A DNA stretch of 64,000 nt from Eledone cirrhosa (GCA_964016885.1 OZ024743.1:17112001-17176000), one strand, 5' to 3'; positions 1 to 14,900 are shown, counted from the stretch's first letter. The notes: generated from the sequence alone by a model not told the origin. Translations and numbers: made by a program.

Positions 1-849
1 AAACCTAATTATTCATTCATATCTTTTATTTCAGATGAATCTCTAGGTGTGTATTTCAATTAAAGCTACTGGTGAAATGTTCGACACATGTAGTAGCTAA
101 AGAATTTGTGATTAAGATATAAAAAATTCTCATATAATAAAATAGTGTTATTGATTTGTATCAATATTTAGATGTTTCAATGTACAAACGTTTGAGATAC
201 CTTTTTTAATCGGTCGCAATAACTTATGCAGAGCCTTTTAAATTAACCCCGGATCAAAATTAGCTTGGTGAGTAAGCTTATTAAACAATCCGACTTTATT
301 CCCGTCCGATGCAGTACACGTACTCTTGAAACGATTTCTCGTATATTGTGACACAAATTTGGACTGATAATTCATTTAGTGTTTCACATTCCTGCGTAAT
401 AATTAAACGGAAGCAGTTCAGTTGATAGAACAATTGAACACTCATAAGCAACAACGCTGGAAGAGCAATCATCATTTTGGTATACTTGCTGTATTCAGGC
501 CTCTTTATGTCAATATATTTTTAATGTGTCCAGTAAAGAAAGAGAGAGAAAGAGGGAAGGAAAATAATATTTGGGAACGACAGAGAACGACCGGCATATA
601 CATGTGAGTTGCTGTGGTTCTACCTTATTTCATTGATGAACGAGCAATCATAAAAGTAAATTCGCTCCAGACATTAAAACTGCATTTTGCTTTTCACCAT
701 GGTCTATGTTTTGCTATTTGCCATTCCCTTTTTTAATTTCATGAAAGTAGTGTATAATTTGTGTAGCGTTTCTGTGCGCAACGGAATTCGTAATAAGGAG
801 TGCTCCTCTACAGCTGCTATCAGGAATGTGTCTGTGGTTCTCTTTGTTT

Positions 850-2311
850 CAGAAAGATGCATTCTCACGAGCTCGATAGAATACTTTGCATATCACTTAA
901 ACCCGAACACAATCGCATCTGATACACTCGAGGTGCATCCGGGAGCGGTGAAAATGCTCGCAGAGGCTGAAGTCAGTTAAAGAGCTCAAATGTGGCAAGG
1001 CCGCAGGGGAAGATGAAATCCGTACCGAGATGTGAAACGCCCTAAATAGAGAAGGTATTCTCTTGCTGCGTCGGATGTGTCCGGGGGCCTGGATATATCA
1101 AGGGCACCCAAGAAATGCATTCGGGAGTGACAATCCTAATTTTCAAAAAGGGAGTCAAGAGAGATTGTTCAAATGACAGAGGGATCTCCTTCTTAAGCAT
1201 TCTCGGTAATGCCTATGCTAAGTATCTTGATAAGAGATATTGTCGAGTCCGAGCGATTTGATGAACAGTGCGATGTTGATCGCGCTTGCAACACCGCCGA
1301 CCAGATAATCACAGATACTCGAGAAATCGTGGGAATCTTTTCAAGCGGTATATTCTTATTTTGAATACCTTGGTAAGACTGCTGTGGAACGTTGAGCAGG
1401 AGTATGAGACCGATAAACAGTATCTTATTGCCCTGATGTCTTCATACGACTTCTCGAGTATTTGTGTACGGATGAACGCTATTAACTTGAAACCATTCAA
1501 TGTGTTTGTTGGACTCCACAAATATGCGTACTGTCACCTTTCATGTTCTTTAATTTCAGGAACATGGGCAGCCGGTTGGAAGTGCAGGGGTAAAATTATT
1601 CGGCCAGAGTTTGCAGAGTTGTTGTTATTGAACTCGACAGAAGATGAGCTCCGGCTTGCACTGAATAGGTTTGATGCCGAGTACTCCAATCTGGAAATAA
1701 AATAGGTGGGACGAAATCTGAGACACTCGTCTTCTCGGTGAAGTCTGCACAGCGCAATCTTCATAAGAATGGAGTTTCACTGAATCAGTTGGAAGATTTC
1801 AAGGGATGTGTACACGAGTGAAGGAAGTAGGGAGCCTGGCGCAATAGTACGCTAGTTACACCATTCTAAAAAGGGGAGATACGTCTAAAAGCCCAACTCG
1901 CAATCTTCGATTCGGCTTTTGTACGAACCCTTACTTGTTGTCATGAATCTTGTGTAACAAGAAGGGTGTTTGGAGTAATATTACTTGATAAAGTGTACAA
2001 CATGAAGGTAAAAGAATCCCTCCAGATAGAGACGCTATTTCTCGAAATTGATAGATCACAACTCCAATAGTATGAGCATGTGTTTAAAATGTTTCGGGAA
2101 AGAATCGCTGGACAGATATTATGGACAAAACAAATCGGCATGAGACCCAGTGTCAGAGACCCACAATAAGGCCTCAATTACATCCTTTAGCTTGGCTGGT
2201 CTCGCTTGCGGATGCAACAGGATGAGATGCAGATGGTTGTTTCTGACAGGACGCTCTGGAAAGAGTGTTAATGGACGATGTACCCATGACAGTCTAAGGA
2301 TTAAGTGACCA
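850..2311 (+). mobile_element. Degenerate 5'-truncated RTE-clade LINE (RT remnant)
   Basis: Broken frames resemble RTE RT: EVHPGAVKMLAEAEV, the GRRGR*NPYRD region (like KAPGxDEIRPE), LKPFNVFVGLHKYAYCHLS (like VGLRQGCxLS). Ends at a (GAA)n tail. Confidence 0.65.
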
Positions 2312-2407
2312 AAGAAGAAGAAGAAGAAGAAGAAGAAGAAGAAGAAGAAGAAGAAGAAGAAGAAGAAGAAGAAGAAGAAGAAGAAGAAGAAGAAGAAGAA
2401 GAAGAAG
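2312..2407 (+). repeat. (GAA)n microsatellite, probable LINE tail
   Basis: About 32 GAA units directly after the RTE remnant. Confidence 0.95.
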
Positions 2408-4264
2408 CAGCTGTGGAACCTATGTGCAATATTCCTTTGTTGTTCTCATAAAAGTTAATTAAAACAATGCATCTATTCAACTGATGAAGATATGTTATAT
2501 ATTTAGAAGGATTAGCATGGAGTAAAGGTGTATAATGATACTGTTATAGTTATAACAACAGTATAAATATTCTTGTTTAAAATAAAAATATATAACATCT
2601 TATAGTATTTAGGGAAATGGAATTCTGAAATATGCCGTCACTTAAATAAATGACGGCACTACAATGTTCAATACAGAGAGGTTAATAACTTACATATAAA
2701 TATAATATTTCATATATAAATATTTCAAAGTATATACGTAACGTATTTCATTCTATAGAAAAATCTACTGTCACTTTATTTTCATTACTGATTGTCATAT
2801 CTATTTGCTATAAACCTAAACTTTCTCCCAATTGCTGGCCTTTCAAAATCTATTATTCATTATTATAATGTTTTCTCATTGACAACATTTTTCCAACCTT
2901 CGTTTGAAATGATATTTCTCGGGAGGAAACTTCTATTAATGCCACAAACATACACTGATGACTCTGATATATTCATAACCTCTTGAGAGCAACCGAACTA
3001 TGACTATTATGATGATCTGGCACAATAATCAATCAACATAAATAAGTTTATTACAGGAACTACGAAATGTAAAATTAATCAGCGCTCACATACACCGTCG
3101 TTAATATAACAATCATATCTCATTGGAAATATAACGCATAATATTAATCTTTTAAAACCTTACTGTTGCATGTATACCTGTTATTTTATATGTTAACGTT
3201 CGTACATTTTTGTATACCACTCTCCTGGAAATACAGTATATTTAGATTTACATACCAATTATATCTACTGACATAGATTACACTGATTTGAAATCTAAAT
3301 TCACTTTTCTTACAAATCTATTTGAAATAGAAACAGAGGACAATCACTACTGAGAAAAGATTCAATTGTGACATCACTACAATTAATCCTATCTATAACA
3401 TCACATCAACGACATATGTATTTGTTTTATTCCCTTGCCTAAGACCTCCAACACAACTAAAACGTCCATTGACTGTGTTGATTTCGAAATCAAATAATGG
3501 ATGAATTATGGGGCTAATATACTAATTTAAACCATAAATATTTTAGTATTTACTCTTTTATCACTTTAAGAAGCGTATCAACAGATTTATTCAACTAATA
3601 CAACAGTAGTTCTTAGTAACAGGAAAAATATAATAAAAAATAGTATCGAAGCAAACAATGTATAAAAAGAGAGAAAGACGCTCATCATTGAAAAAATCAA
3701 AAAAATCAGAAATACAATCGACGTTTGGACAAACATATTCACTGAAATGAAAATAGCTCCTCTTACCTCGAAGTTTGGCTTATCAATTAAGAATTAATAT
3801 TTTTTTCTCTTCATTTAATAAAACAAGAAAAGACTTTTATGAAGAATAATTGATGACTTATAGTAAAACATTAATGGAACTTCATGAACTTATGTTATTT
3901 TCCACTGTTATGAATGTTATTTAACTTGTGTTACACATTTAATTTAATCAGCTACTGTATATAAAATGGAAATTCATATCTCTCTGTTAACTTTTTGAAT
4001 AGGATCAAATAATTTAAGAAATATTATTAAATAGACGTTAATGATCATTATGAATATCATAGTTTATTCATAATATATTTCTAATCATGCATACACACAT
4101 ACTACACGATAATAGACACACTCCATGTTCATCAGCTTGGAAGTCTCGAACTCTACCAATGGTACCGTTATTATAAGCGGTGTCACAGCGCCTTACACAA
4201 ACCAAACGCTGTCCAGTTGAGTAAGAGACGAAATACAAAATATTAATTTATAGAATTTAAGGCA

Positions 4265-4344
<80 letters not shown>

Positions 4345-4353
<9 letters not shown>

Positions 4354-4838
4354 AGAACGAACGCATATATATACATATATGTGTTCATATCGCAAGGGAC
4401 CAGATTCGCTAAGGTGAAAAGAATACTAACTATATACAATAGGGTTTGCCACTCTCAATTTTAAAATAAATCTAGAAAATAAATACAAACCAGAATTGTG
4501 GTAACTACCAATCACCGAGACTGCTGTAGGTATTTCTATTCACAATTAATAATGCGAAACAGCACCAACATCTGTCTGGGTGATTGGTAGTTACCCCAAT
4601 TCCGGTTTGTATTTATTTTCTGTATTTATTCTTAATTTGAGTCAGGCAAACCCTATTATCTATAGTTAGTATTCTTTTCACCTCAGCAAATCTGGTCCCT
4701 TGCGTTTTTGAACAATTGTATGTATATATCTGTGTTCGTTTTTTTTTTATATTCAAATATAATATACGGCTCTGAAAAATCTTTCTCTTTCTTAGAGCTA
4801 TTTTATTGTAAAAGACTATTTTGAGTTTCTAACACAAT
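4345..4838 (+). mobile_element. Non-autonomous inverted-repeat element in (TA)n with a 3' tail (Penelope-type architecture)
   Basis: ~4350-4520 is an imperfect reverse complement of ~4575-4750. An ~85-nt unpaired tail follows, and TA runs flank it. Confidence 0.6.
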
Positions 4839-4867
4839 ATATATACCTTTGATATATGTATATATAT

Positions 4868-5268
4868 ATATTGGTAAAAGGAAAAGAAAATGCTGACAAA
4901 TTGTTCCCAGTGAAAAATAGTTTAATTAGGAATAAGTAAAAATTAGTAATATGTATTCAGTTTTGGTTTTAAGATTTCACCGGTTGCGCATTTCTAATGC
5001 CTTTCAAAAATAATTTTGAGATAGTGCACCCGTGATGTTTGCTCTAATCTGATTAGTTTTGGAAATTCTACCTGTTTTATGTGAAAAAAGTGGCTCCAGA
5101 TGTATTAAAATAAGATTCGCGCCAATTCGTGTTGCAAAAATTCTTGTGGTCAAAACAATTTTGATTGGTCGGTAGAGGTCATGTGAATGTTAAAAATTGA
5201 TTTTGCGCCAAATGTAGGTTTGTCTCGGCTGATTGAGAAGTCACTGAAAAATAAGTATTTTAAGACAA

Positions 5269-5310
<42 letters not shown>

Positions 5311-6864
5311 TAGTAAAGAGGTTCATTGTTGTGATAATTGTCAGTAGGGATGTGTGTATGAATTGCAGTCATGTTGACAGGTCAACAGTTCAGGTGCCTA
5401 TTAAGACAAGTGTGTGTGTGTGTGTGTGTGTGTGTTGCAGAGTAATTCGTGGTAGAGGGATCGCTCAGTAGGAATGTGTCTGTACGTGTGTGGGGGATAT
5501 TTTAACACGTTAAAAGATATTTTTCAGCTCTTGTCTTATACGGAGAAGTATGTGTGTGTGTGTGTGTGTGTGTATGAATCTTTGTATGTTAGTGTACGCG
5601 TGTGTATGTGTGTGTGTGTATATATGTGTATGTGTGTGTATATGTGTATATGTGTATATGTATGTGTGTGTGTGGGTGGACCAGTATTTTTTGTGACACT
5701 GGTAAAAATGGTGTACATTATTCGATATTTTCAGTAAACGATTCTCTCAATAGAACATCAAAAACCTTAATAATAAAAGGTGTGAAATGATATATAGTAT
5801 TGTCATAACACCAAGGTGTATATGAGTGTCCAGATTGTATTACAATACGGCAGGGCCTAATGGATTTCCCTTGCAGTATGTACAATCTGGGCACACACAC
5901 ACACCTTGGTGTTATGACAATACTATATATCATTTCACACCTTTTATTATTAAGGTATTTGATGTTCTATTGAGAGAATCGTTTTTACTGAAAATATCGA
6001 ATAATGTACACAATTTTTACCAGTATCACAAAAATACTGGTCCACCCACACACACACTCACACACACACATAGACACATATACACACACACACATATCTA
6101 CACACACACATACACACGCGTACACTAACATACAAAGATGCATACACACACACACACACTTCTACGTATAAGACAAGAGCTGAAAAATATCTTTTAACAT
6201 GATAAAATATCCCCCACACACGTACAGACACATTCCTACTGAGCGATCCCTGTACCACGAATTACTCTGCTACACACACACACACACCCACAATCCTGTT
6301 TTAATAGGCACCTGAACTGTTGACCTGTCAACATGACTGCAATTCACACCCATATCCCTACTGACCATTGGACCTGTTTACTACTACAAACCTCTTTACT
6401 ACTACACACACAAACATATTTGTCTTAAAATACTTATTTTTCAGTGACTTCTCAATCAGCCGAGACAAACCTACATTTGGCGCAACATCAATTTTTAACA
6501 TTCACATGACCTCTACCGACCAATCAAAATTGTTTTGACCACAAGAATGTTTGCAACACGAATTGGCGCGAATCTTATTTTAATACATTTGGAGCCACTT
6601 TTTTCACATAAAACAGGTAGAATTTCCAAAACTAATCAGATTAGAGCAAACATCACGGGCGCTCTATCTCAAAATTATTTTTGAAAAGCATTAGAAATGC
6701 GCAACCCGTAAAAACTTAAAACCAAAACTGAATACTAACCAATACTTATATTTATTACTAATTTTTACTTATTCCTAATTAAACTATTTTTCACTGGGAA
6801 CAATTTGTCAGCATTTTCTTTTCCTTTTACCAATATATCATAACTCGTGTGTTACACCTCTATT

Positions 6865-6868
<4 letters not shown>
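4868..6868. mobile_element. ~2-kb foldback palindrome, arms ~0.97 kb
   Basis: tattggtaaaaggaaaagaaaatgctgac (4869) mirrors gtcagcattttcttttccttttaccaata (~6835). Symmetry runs to a centre near 5855. A ~30-nt tail and (TA)n follow. Confidence 0.85.
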
Positions 6869-6930
<62 letters not shown>

Positions 6931-6934
<4 letters not shown>

Positions 6935-7126
6935 AATGTATGACCACGACGGCAGAGCTCAAGCCGTTTCGACGGCTATTCCTGGAGTGAGTCCAGAAAT
7001 AGCCGTCGAAACGGATTGAGTTCTGCCGTAGGGGTCATACCTTTTCCTATTACCCACTCTACTACCCTTAGTATTGAGTACTCTGGTGCGTTATGATCCA
7101 TATGGTTGCTTACCACAACTCCTTAG

Positions 7127-7128
<2 letters not shown>
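6931..7128 (+). mobile_element. Short hairpin element (~50-bp stem) with ~85-nt tail between TA runs
   Basis: gtatgacc...ggctattcctgga GTGAG tccagaaatagcc...ggtcatac at ~6938-7040. Confidence 0.7.
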
Positions 7129-7198
<70 letters not shown>

Positions 7199-7201
<3 letters not shown>

Positions 7202-7476
7202 CAAAACACTGTTGGTAAAATCCAGTATGCGGATAGGGAGTACTCAACGAAGATATACATTCCGGAGTTATAATAGTGACGAAACATAAGTCAATTGTAT
7301 GAACTCATAATCCTTTATTTACCGCTATATATATTTCGATGATAGCCATTGAATGGCTGTGACCTCATCAGGCAGTCGGTTAGTTCTTAGATATGCCAGC
7401 TCTGGCTTTTTGGTGTTGATGGTTTTAGAGACTTGGGAAATATGAGTTCATAGAATTGACTTATGGTTCGTCACAA
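7199..7476 (-). mobile_element. Small inverted-repeat element with an HHR-like motif and a tail
   Basis: IR gtgacgaaacataagtcaattgtatgaactcata / tatgagttcatagaattgacttatggttcgtcac. Minus strand reads CTGATGA-ggtcacagccattcaatggctatcatc-GAAA. Confidence 0.6.
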
Positions 7477-7799
7477 TATATATATATGTATATATAATAA
7501 TAATAATAATAATGATACTATTTATAGTTATGTATATACCATGAACAACTATAAACAGGAAAGGTCAGTAATTTCTCACTACCTTATTACCAATAAGAGA
7601 AATAGCTCAATCTAAGAACATCAGGTGTTTTACAGAGCAGGAATATAATATTACAAAATTATCAAAGTTAGGTTCAAATCATTTAATAGTTGACAATCGC
7701 CTCTTCCAAACTTCTGTTTGGGGATATCGGAGCATTATCAATGTGTGTACATATAATCAACCTCATATTCAACTGAAGAATCATATAGATACATATATA

Positions 7800-8507
7800 T
7801 TAATGTTGTGAACAACAGTTTCGTATTACCATGGAGTAATGGATGCGACATATATTATACCAGAATTGTACAAACATTAACATTTAAATTAAAAGCACAG
7901 AGTGGAATACATGCGACAGATAATACAAGAGAAAAGTATAATAGTTAAAGAGGCATTGAGAAAGAATGAAGACACTCGCAAGCGTGTAGAAAGTGCACAT
8001 GCGTTACACATATAAATGAGAAGGAAACAAGCAAAGGTATTAGGCATATATAAATAAATATTGTATGGCAAAGGTATCACATAAAATACCAAGCAAATAT
8101 GTTAGTGTATTAAACATTTATTGCGGATGTAATGTGCTGATAGTGTTCAAATGTGTGTGTGTTGAGAAAATCAAAGTTATTGTTGTCTTTTCCATTACAT
8201 ATGTTAACTTATATATCAGTTAATGTTTATATTGAATGTTTTTAGTTAGTTACAGCAATGGATTGTAAATTGTATTCTTATTCATGGATTAGAGTTGTGT
8301 AACAGGTAGTTTTTCTAACAGTTTAATTTCCGGAATTTAATATGTACTGCTAGTGTCCTCATTCTCGGTCAATGCCTCTTTAATTATTATACTTTTCTTT
8401 TGTATTATCTGTCGCATGTATTCTACTCTGTGCTTTTAATTAAAATATTTATTTTTTTACAATTCTCGTATAATATATGTCACATCAATTACATCCTGTA
8501 AATACGG

Positions 8508-8508
<1 letters not shown>
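7800..8508. mobile_element. Inverted-repeat element next to (TA)n
   Basis: ~7825-7980 is an imperfect reverse complement of ~8345-8505. Confidence 0.6.
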
Positions 8509-8955
<447 letters not shown>

Positions 8956-9393
8956 TGAAAATTAGAGTCAATGACTCCAATTGAAACCCTGTAATTATTA
9001 AGCTCCAAGTATAAAATACTGAGCCGTATAATAATAATATATATGCAGTAAGAAACACAGTAAACCGTGTGTCTAATATTACAAGGGTTGAAAAACCACA
9101 TTTGTTTGAAATATTTAACCAAGAAACAGACAGAAAGATAAAATAAAATTATATTATATTATACAAACCGCCTCAATAACAATTACATCTCTCGGACAGA
9201 TTATCCCTAATCTGTTTCGCCCTGAGTGTGTTTGCAACAGATAATCCATGGGCATCATCAGCGAGATAATATGATTAAATGCGACAAACACTATGTACCA
9301 ACAATTAATGGTTAAATATTTCAAACAAATGTGGTTTTTCAACCCTTGTAATATTAGACACACGGTTTACTGTGTCTCTTACTGCATATATAT

Positions 9394-9400
<7 letters not shown>
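8956..9400 (-). mobile_element. Non-autonomous Penelope-type element with HHR, inverted segment and tail
   Basis: 9028-9121 is a near-perfect reverse complement of 9309-9400. Tail at 8956-9027, TA runs both sides. Confidence 0.75.
9200..9270 (-). ncRNA. Type I hammerhead ribozyme motif
   Basis: Minus: ATTATCTCG CTGATGA t GCCC..27 nt..GGGC GAAA cagat TA GGGATAAT. Confidence 0.7.
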
Positions 9401-9465
<65 letters not shown>

Positions 9466-10266
9466 AACGTTTAGCAAGGTTCATTGATTAATCAACGAAT
9501 AAGGTTTTACAATAGATTAGAAGCACTCGACAGTTATAGTCAATAACTATATTATTGACTATATTTAATAATTTAAATATACTCTTTATTACCCTTGGAG
9601 TTATGTTAAATTATCTTTTTCATTTTATATTTGTTTAAACTTTGATAATATACGTTCTTTCAAATATTATAGTCTAAAAATTTCAAGTTATTTAATTAAT
9701 TGATTATTTCTAATTAACTTAATATTAGAAAAAGAATAAATGTCACGCATCATATACAATGATTCTCCTTCTCCCTATCTAATTATATGTTAGCATACAT
9801 ATCTCCCTTTGTTTGTGTTTACTATCATCTCTCTTTCCTGTTCTCTCTCGCCTCCTGTTTGCTCTCTCACTCTCTCATTTGGTCCCACTATAATACGGAG
9901 GTATACATATTGTATTATTTAAATGTTTAACAGTTATGTAGTTATTTGTTTATATTTATTACTTTCCTTTATATATACATATTATATTTATTATAGTTAT
10001 TATTATATATTTTCATACCCATTTTCCTACATACCCTTTATATGTATTTTTCATGTTACAAATCATGGTATATAAATATTGAGTTTTGTCCTAACTAATC
10101 ACTGCCAAGATGGGAAATGAACCATCAGCACAATTGATATATGTCAGACATCAATGTATTTTACCTGATGAGGACATACTGATGAAATAGCTCAGTACCT
10201 CTGAAATATGTATAATAAAATATATTTGATCACATGAATGTCTATATTTATTAATATTTTGAAATA

Positions 10267-10310
<44 letters not shown>

Positions 10311-10330
10311 ATATATATGTATATATATAT

Positions 10331-11679
10331 GTTGTTATACCCATGACTTCCAAATATCTGATCCACCGAAACACAGCTGTTTCGGACCATACCAAAATCA
10401 ACATACTGATTGCGGATTTGGTACGGGTGATGAGAAAGGTGTCCCGCATGTGCAACCCCGAAGAACTAGAGAGACACATACAACACTTCATCCACCGTAT
10501 GCAGTTCTCTGGTTACAATCAGAGAGATAAAATCAGAGTGTATAGAGGAGCCAGAACCAAATGGGAAAAAATGGTAAATAATGATACAAATGGGACCTGC
10601 CCCTTGTATAGGAGCAAACTTTGGAATAGAATAGAAAGAACTAGGAATAAGGCTAATAGAATAAACTCATGCTATGATAGCAATAAATACCAGAGTGTTA
10701 TGTTCATCGATACAAACCCTAGAGGTGAATTAGCTTACAAATTTAGAAGGGCCTTAGTTAAACATAAACTCAATATTAAGATAGTAGAAAGATCAGGTAC
10801 CTCCATAAAACCACTTATTAACAAGACATACCCATTTCAAAGACCTCCCTGTATAGATAAGAAATGTATAATCTGTAAATTAAGCCCGCCATATTAACTG
10901 TAAAACTAGAAATGTATATAGGATAAGATGTACTGAAGGACAATGTAGAGCTACAAATATAGTGTACATAGGTGAGAGAGCTCGTAGTAAAGGGGAACGG
11001 ATAAATGAACACTGGCGAGACCTTCAAGATAGTAAAGAATCATCTGTACTCTACCAACATATTAAAATAGAACATACGGGTAAATTAGAAAACATAGAAA
11101 TAAAAATAGAATCTACACACAGAAAAGACGCAATGATTTGACAAATCACAGAGGCAATAAACATAATTGAATTACAATCAAAATTAAATAGAAAACATAA
11201 GTGGAACAGCAACATCACAACTTACAATTAAGGACAAAATGAAAACACACACGTACATAGAACAAACAACCAACCAGTAACATGTAAATAAACAAAAAGA
11301 TAAATGAATATAAACACACACAAATACATGTAACACATGCGCAAACTAAGCACACAACACACACACACAAACAAGATGGCATACGACAGAACAAATGAGA
11401 GGCACAAAAAACAAAGAAAAGAATCCCCAGTCACTGAAGAGGTCACAGAATGTGTGACGAAATAACTTTGACAATATATAAACAACCATCTGGTTGTGGA
11501 ACCAACCAACCAACCGGAAATTTATAAATTCCTAAATTTATAAACTTATTATAATAAATTGAAGTGAAATATATGGTGCGTGTGTTTCTTATTGGCAACA
11601 TGACCCTCCCAAAGTATAACAATATCGGATTCAACACACGGTTTCAGATAAAGATTATTGCTAAACAAATTCAGAAACG

Positions 11680-11681
<2 letters not shown>
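10331..11681 (+). mobile_element. 5'-truncated Penelope-like element (Nematis/Neptune-like): RT C-terminus, GIY-YIG, pLTR
   Basis: ORF 10295-10897 resembles PLE thumb/linker (SGYNQRDK, KIVERSG, CIDKKCIICK). A decayed VYIGE/NEH endonuclease follows. HHR at 11429-11473; inserted in (TA)n; homologous to 22946-23948. Confidence 0.85.
11429..11473 (+). ncRNA. Minimal hammerhead ribozyme motif in pLTR
   Basis: agtca CTGAAGA g GTCAC agaatgt GTGAC GAAA taac TT tgac. Confidence 0.7.
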
Positions 11682-11761
<80 letters not shown>

Positions 11762-11896
11762 CTACAACATATTAATAAATATCGACATTCATGTGATCAA
11801 ATATATTTTATTATACATATTTCAGATAAGCGTATCTCCCTTCCCTTGTTGCAAATAGAAGTAAGTAATATAATCCCTACTTTAACATAATACATT

Positions 11897-11983
<87 letters not shown>

Positions 11984-11986
<3 letters not shown>

Positions 11987-14900
11987 AGTATGTAAACGTA
12001 CATACATATATGTATACCGACGTACGATAGTATGTATATATATATATACATACATGCATACATATATATATGCACATATGGATTCACCGAACATTTATTA
12101 TGATGCTCGTTGTGTTTGTAAACAAACATCCCGTATTAAGCCGTAGTGTTTAGCAACCACCGTTGCTAGTTTGTTCAACACTGACAAAGGAACGCTGTAC
12201 TAGTTTCAAGCTTATTAGCTATCATCAGCAACGTATACCTTCCTGCCAGATTGTTGAACGTATATACTTACCTTATGCATATTAACGGCTGAGTAGCCCA
12301 ATTTGCATATCGAGTGGGTTAATCGGCCGGGTGCACCGAAAACGATAGACGGAAAAAATGAAACGATAGCTGACGATAGCTAACAAGCTTGACACTAGTA
12401 CAGCGTTCCTTTGTCAGTGTTGAACAATCGAGCAACGGTGGTTGCTAGACACTACGGCTTAATACGGGACGTTTGTTTACAAACACACCGAGCATTATAA
12501 TAAATCTTCGGTGAATCCATACGTGCATATATATATGTGTGCATGTATGTATATATATATATACATACTACTGTACGTCGGTATACATATATGTATGTAC
12601 GTGTACATACTTATATTTAAGTAACAGCCGTACTAAGAGTGGGAAATGAAATATCGTTTCATTTTTTCCGCTTATCGTTTTCGGTCCACCCGGCCGATTA
12701 ACCCACTCGATATGCAAATTGGGCTACTCAGCCGTTAATATGCATAAGGTAAGTATATACGTTCAACAATCTGGCAGGAAGGTATACGTTGCTGACGATA
12801 ACTAACAAGCTTGAAACTAGTACAGCGTTCCTTTGTTAGTGTTGAACAAACGAGCAACGGTGGTTGCTAGACACTACGGCTTAATACGGGATGTTTTGTT
12901 TACAAACACACCGAGCATTATAATAAATGTTCTGTGAATCCATACGTGCATATATATATGTGTGCATGTATGTATATATATATATATATATACATACTAC
13001 TGTACGTCGGTATACATATATGTATGTACGTGTACATACTTATATTAAAGTAACAGCCGTACTAAGAGTGGGAAATGAAATATCGTTTCATTTTTTCCGT
13101 TTATCGTTTTCGGTGCACCCGGCCGATTAACCCACTCGATATGCAAATTGGGCTACTCAGCCGTTAATATGCATAAGGTAAGTATATACATTCAACAATC
13201 TGTCAGGAAGGTATACGTTGCTGACGATAGCTAACAAGCTTGAAACTAGTACAGCGTTCCTTTGTCAGTGTTGAACAAAGGAGCAACGGTGGCTGCTAGA
13301 CACTACGGCTTAATACGGGATGTTTGTTTACAAACACACCGAGCATTATAATAAATGTTCGGTGAATCCATACGTGCATATATATATGTGTGCATGTATG
13401 TATATATATATATATACATACTACTGTACGTCGGTATACATATATGTATGTACGTGTACATACTTATATTTAAGTAACAGCCGTAGTAAGACTGGGAAAT
13501 GAAATATCGTTTCATTTTTTCCGTTTATCGTTTTCTGTGCATCCGGCCGATTAACCCACTCGATATGCAAATTGGGCTACTCAGCCGTTAATATGCATAA
13601 GGTAAGTATATCCGTTCAACAATCTGGCAGGAAGGTATTCGTTGCTGACGATAGCTAACAAGCTTGACACTAGTACAGCGTTCCTTTGTCAGTGTTGAAC
13701 AAACGAGCAACGGTGGTTGCTAGACACTACGGCTTAATACGGGACGTTTGTTTACAAACACACCGAGCATTATAATAAATGTTCGGTGAATCCATACGTG
13801 CATATGTATATGTGTGCATATATGTATATATATATATACATACTACTGTACGTCGGTATACATATATGTATGTACGTGTACATACTTATATTTAAGTAAC
13901 AGCCGTACTAAGAGTGGCAAATGAAATATCGTTTCATTTTTTCCGCTTATCGTTTTCGGTGCACCCGGCCGATTAACCCACTCGATATGCAAATTGGGCT
14001 ACTCAGCGGTTAATATGCATAAGGTAAGTATATACGTTCAACAATCTGGCAGGAAGGTATACGTTGCTGACGATAATTAACAAGCTTGAAACTAGTACAG
14101 CGTTCCTTTGTTAGTGTTGAACAAACGAGCAACGGTGGTTGCTAGACACTACGGCTTAATACGGGATGTTTGTTTACAAACACACCGAGCATTATAATAA
14201 ATGTTCTGTGAATCCATACGTGCATATATATATGTGTGCATGTATGTATATATATATATATACATACTACTGTACGTCGGTATACATATATGTATGTACG
14301 TGTACATACTTATATTTATGTAACAGCCGTACTAAGAGTGGGAAATGAAATATCGTTTCATTTTTTCCGTTTATCGTTTACGGTGCACCCGTCCGATTAA
14401 CCCACTCGATATGCAAATTGGGCTACTCAGCCGTTAATATGCATAAGGTAAGTATATACGTTCAACAATCTGGCAGGAAGGTATACGTTGCTGACGATAG
14501 CTAACAAGCTTGAAACTAGTACAGCGTTCCTTTGTCAGTGTTGAACAAAGGAGAAACGGTGGTTGCACGACACTACGGCTTAATACGGGATGTTTGTTTA
14601 CAAACACACCGAGCATTATAATAAATGTTCGGTGAATCCATACGTGCATATATATATGTGTGCATGTATGTATATATATATATACATACTACTGTACGTA
14701 GGTATACATATATGTATGTACGTGTACATACTTATATTTAAGTAACAGCCGTACTAAGAGTGCGAAATGAAATATCGTTTCATTTTTTCCGTTTATCGTT
14801 TTCGGTGCACCCGGCCGATTAACCCACTCGATATGCAAATTGGGCTACTCAGCCGTTAATATGCATAAGGTAAGTATATACGTTCAACAATCTGGCGGGA

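Noticed and set aside
7966-8002. HHR-like ATGAAGA..GAAA GTGCAC
   Set aside because: Core C and cleavage UH are missing; too decayed to call.
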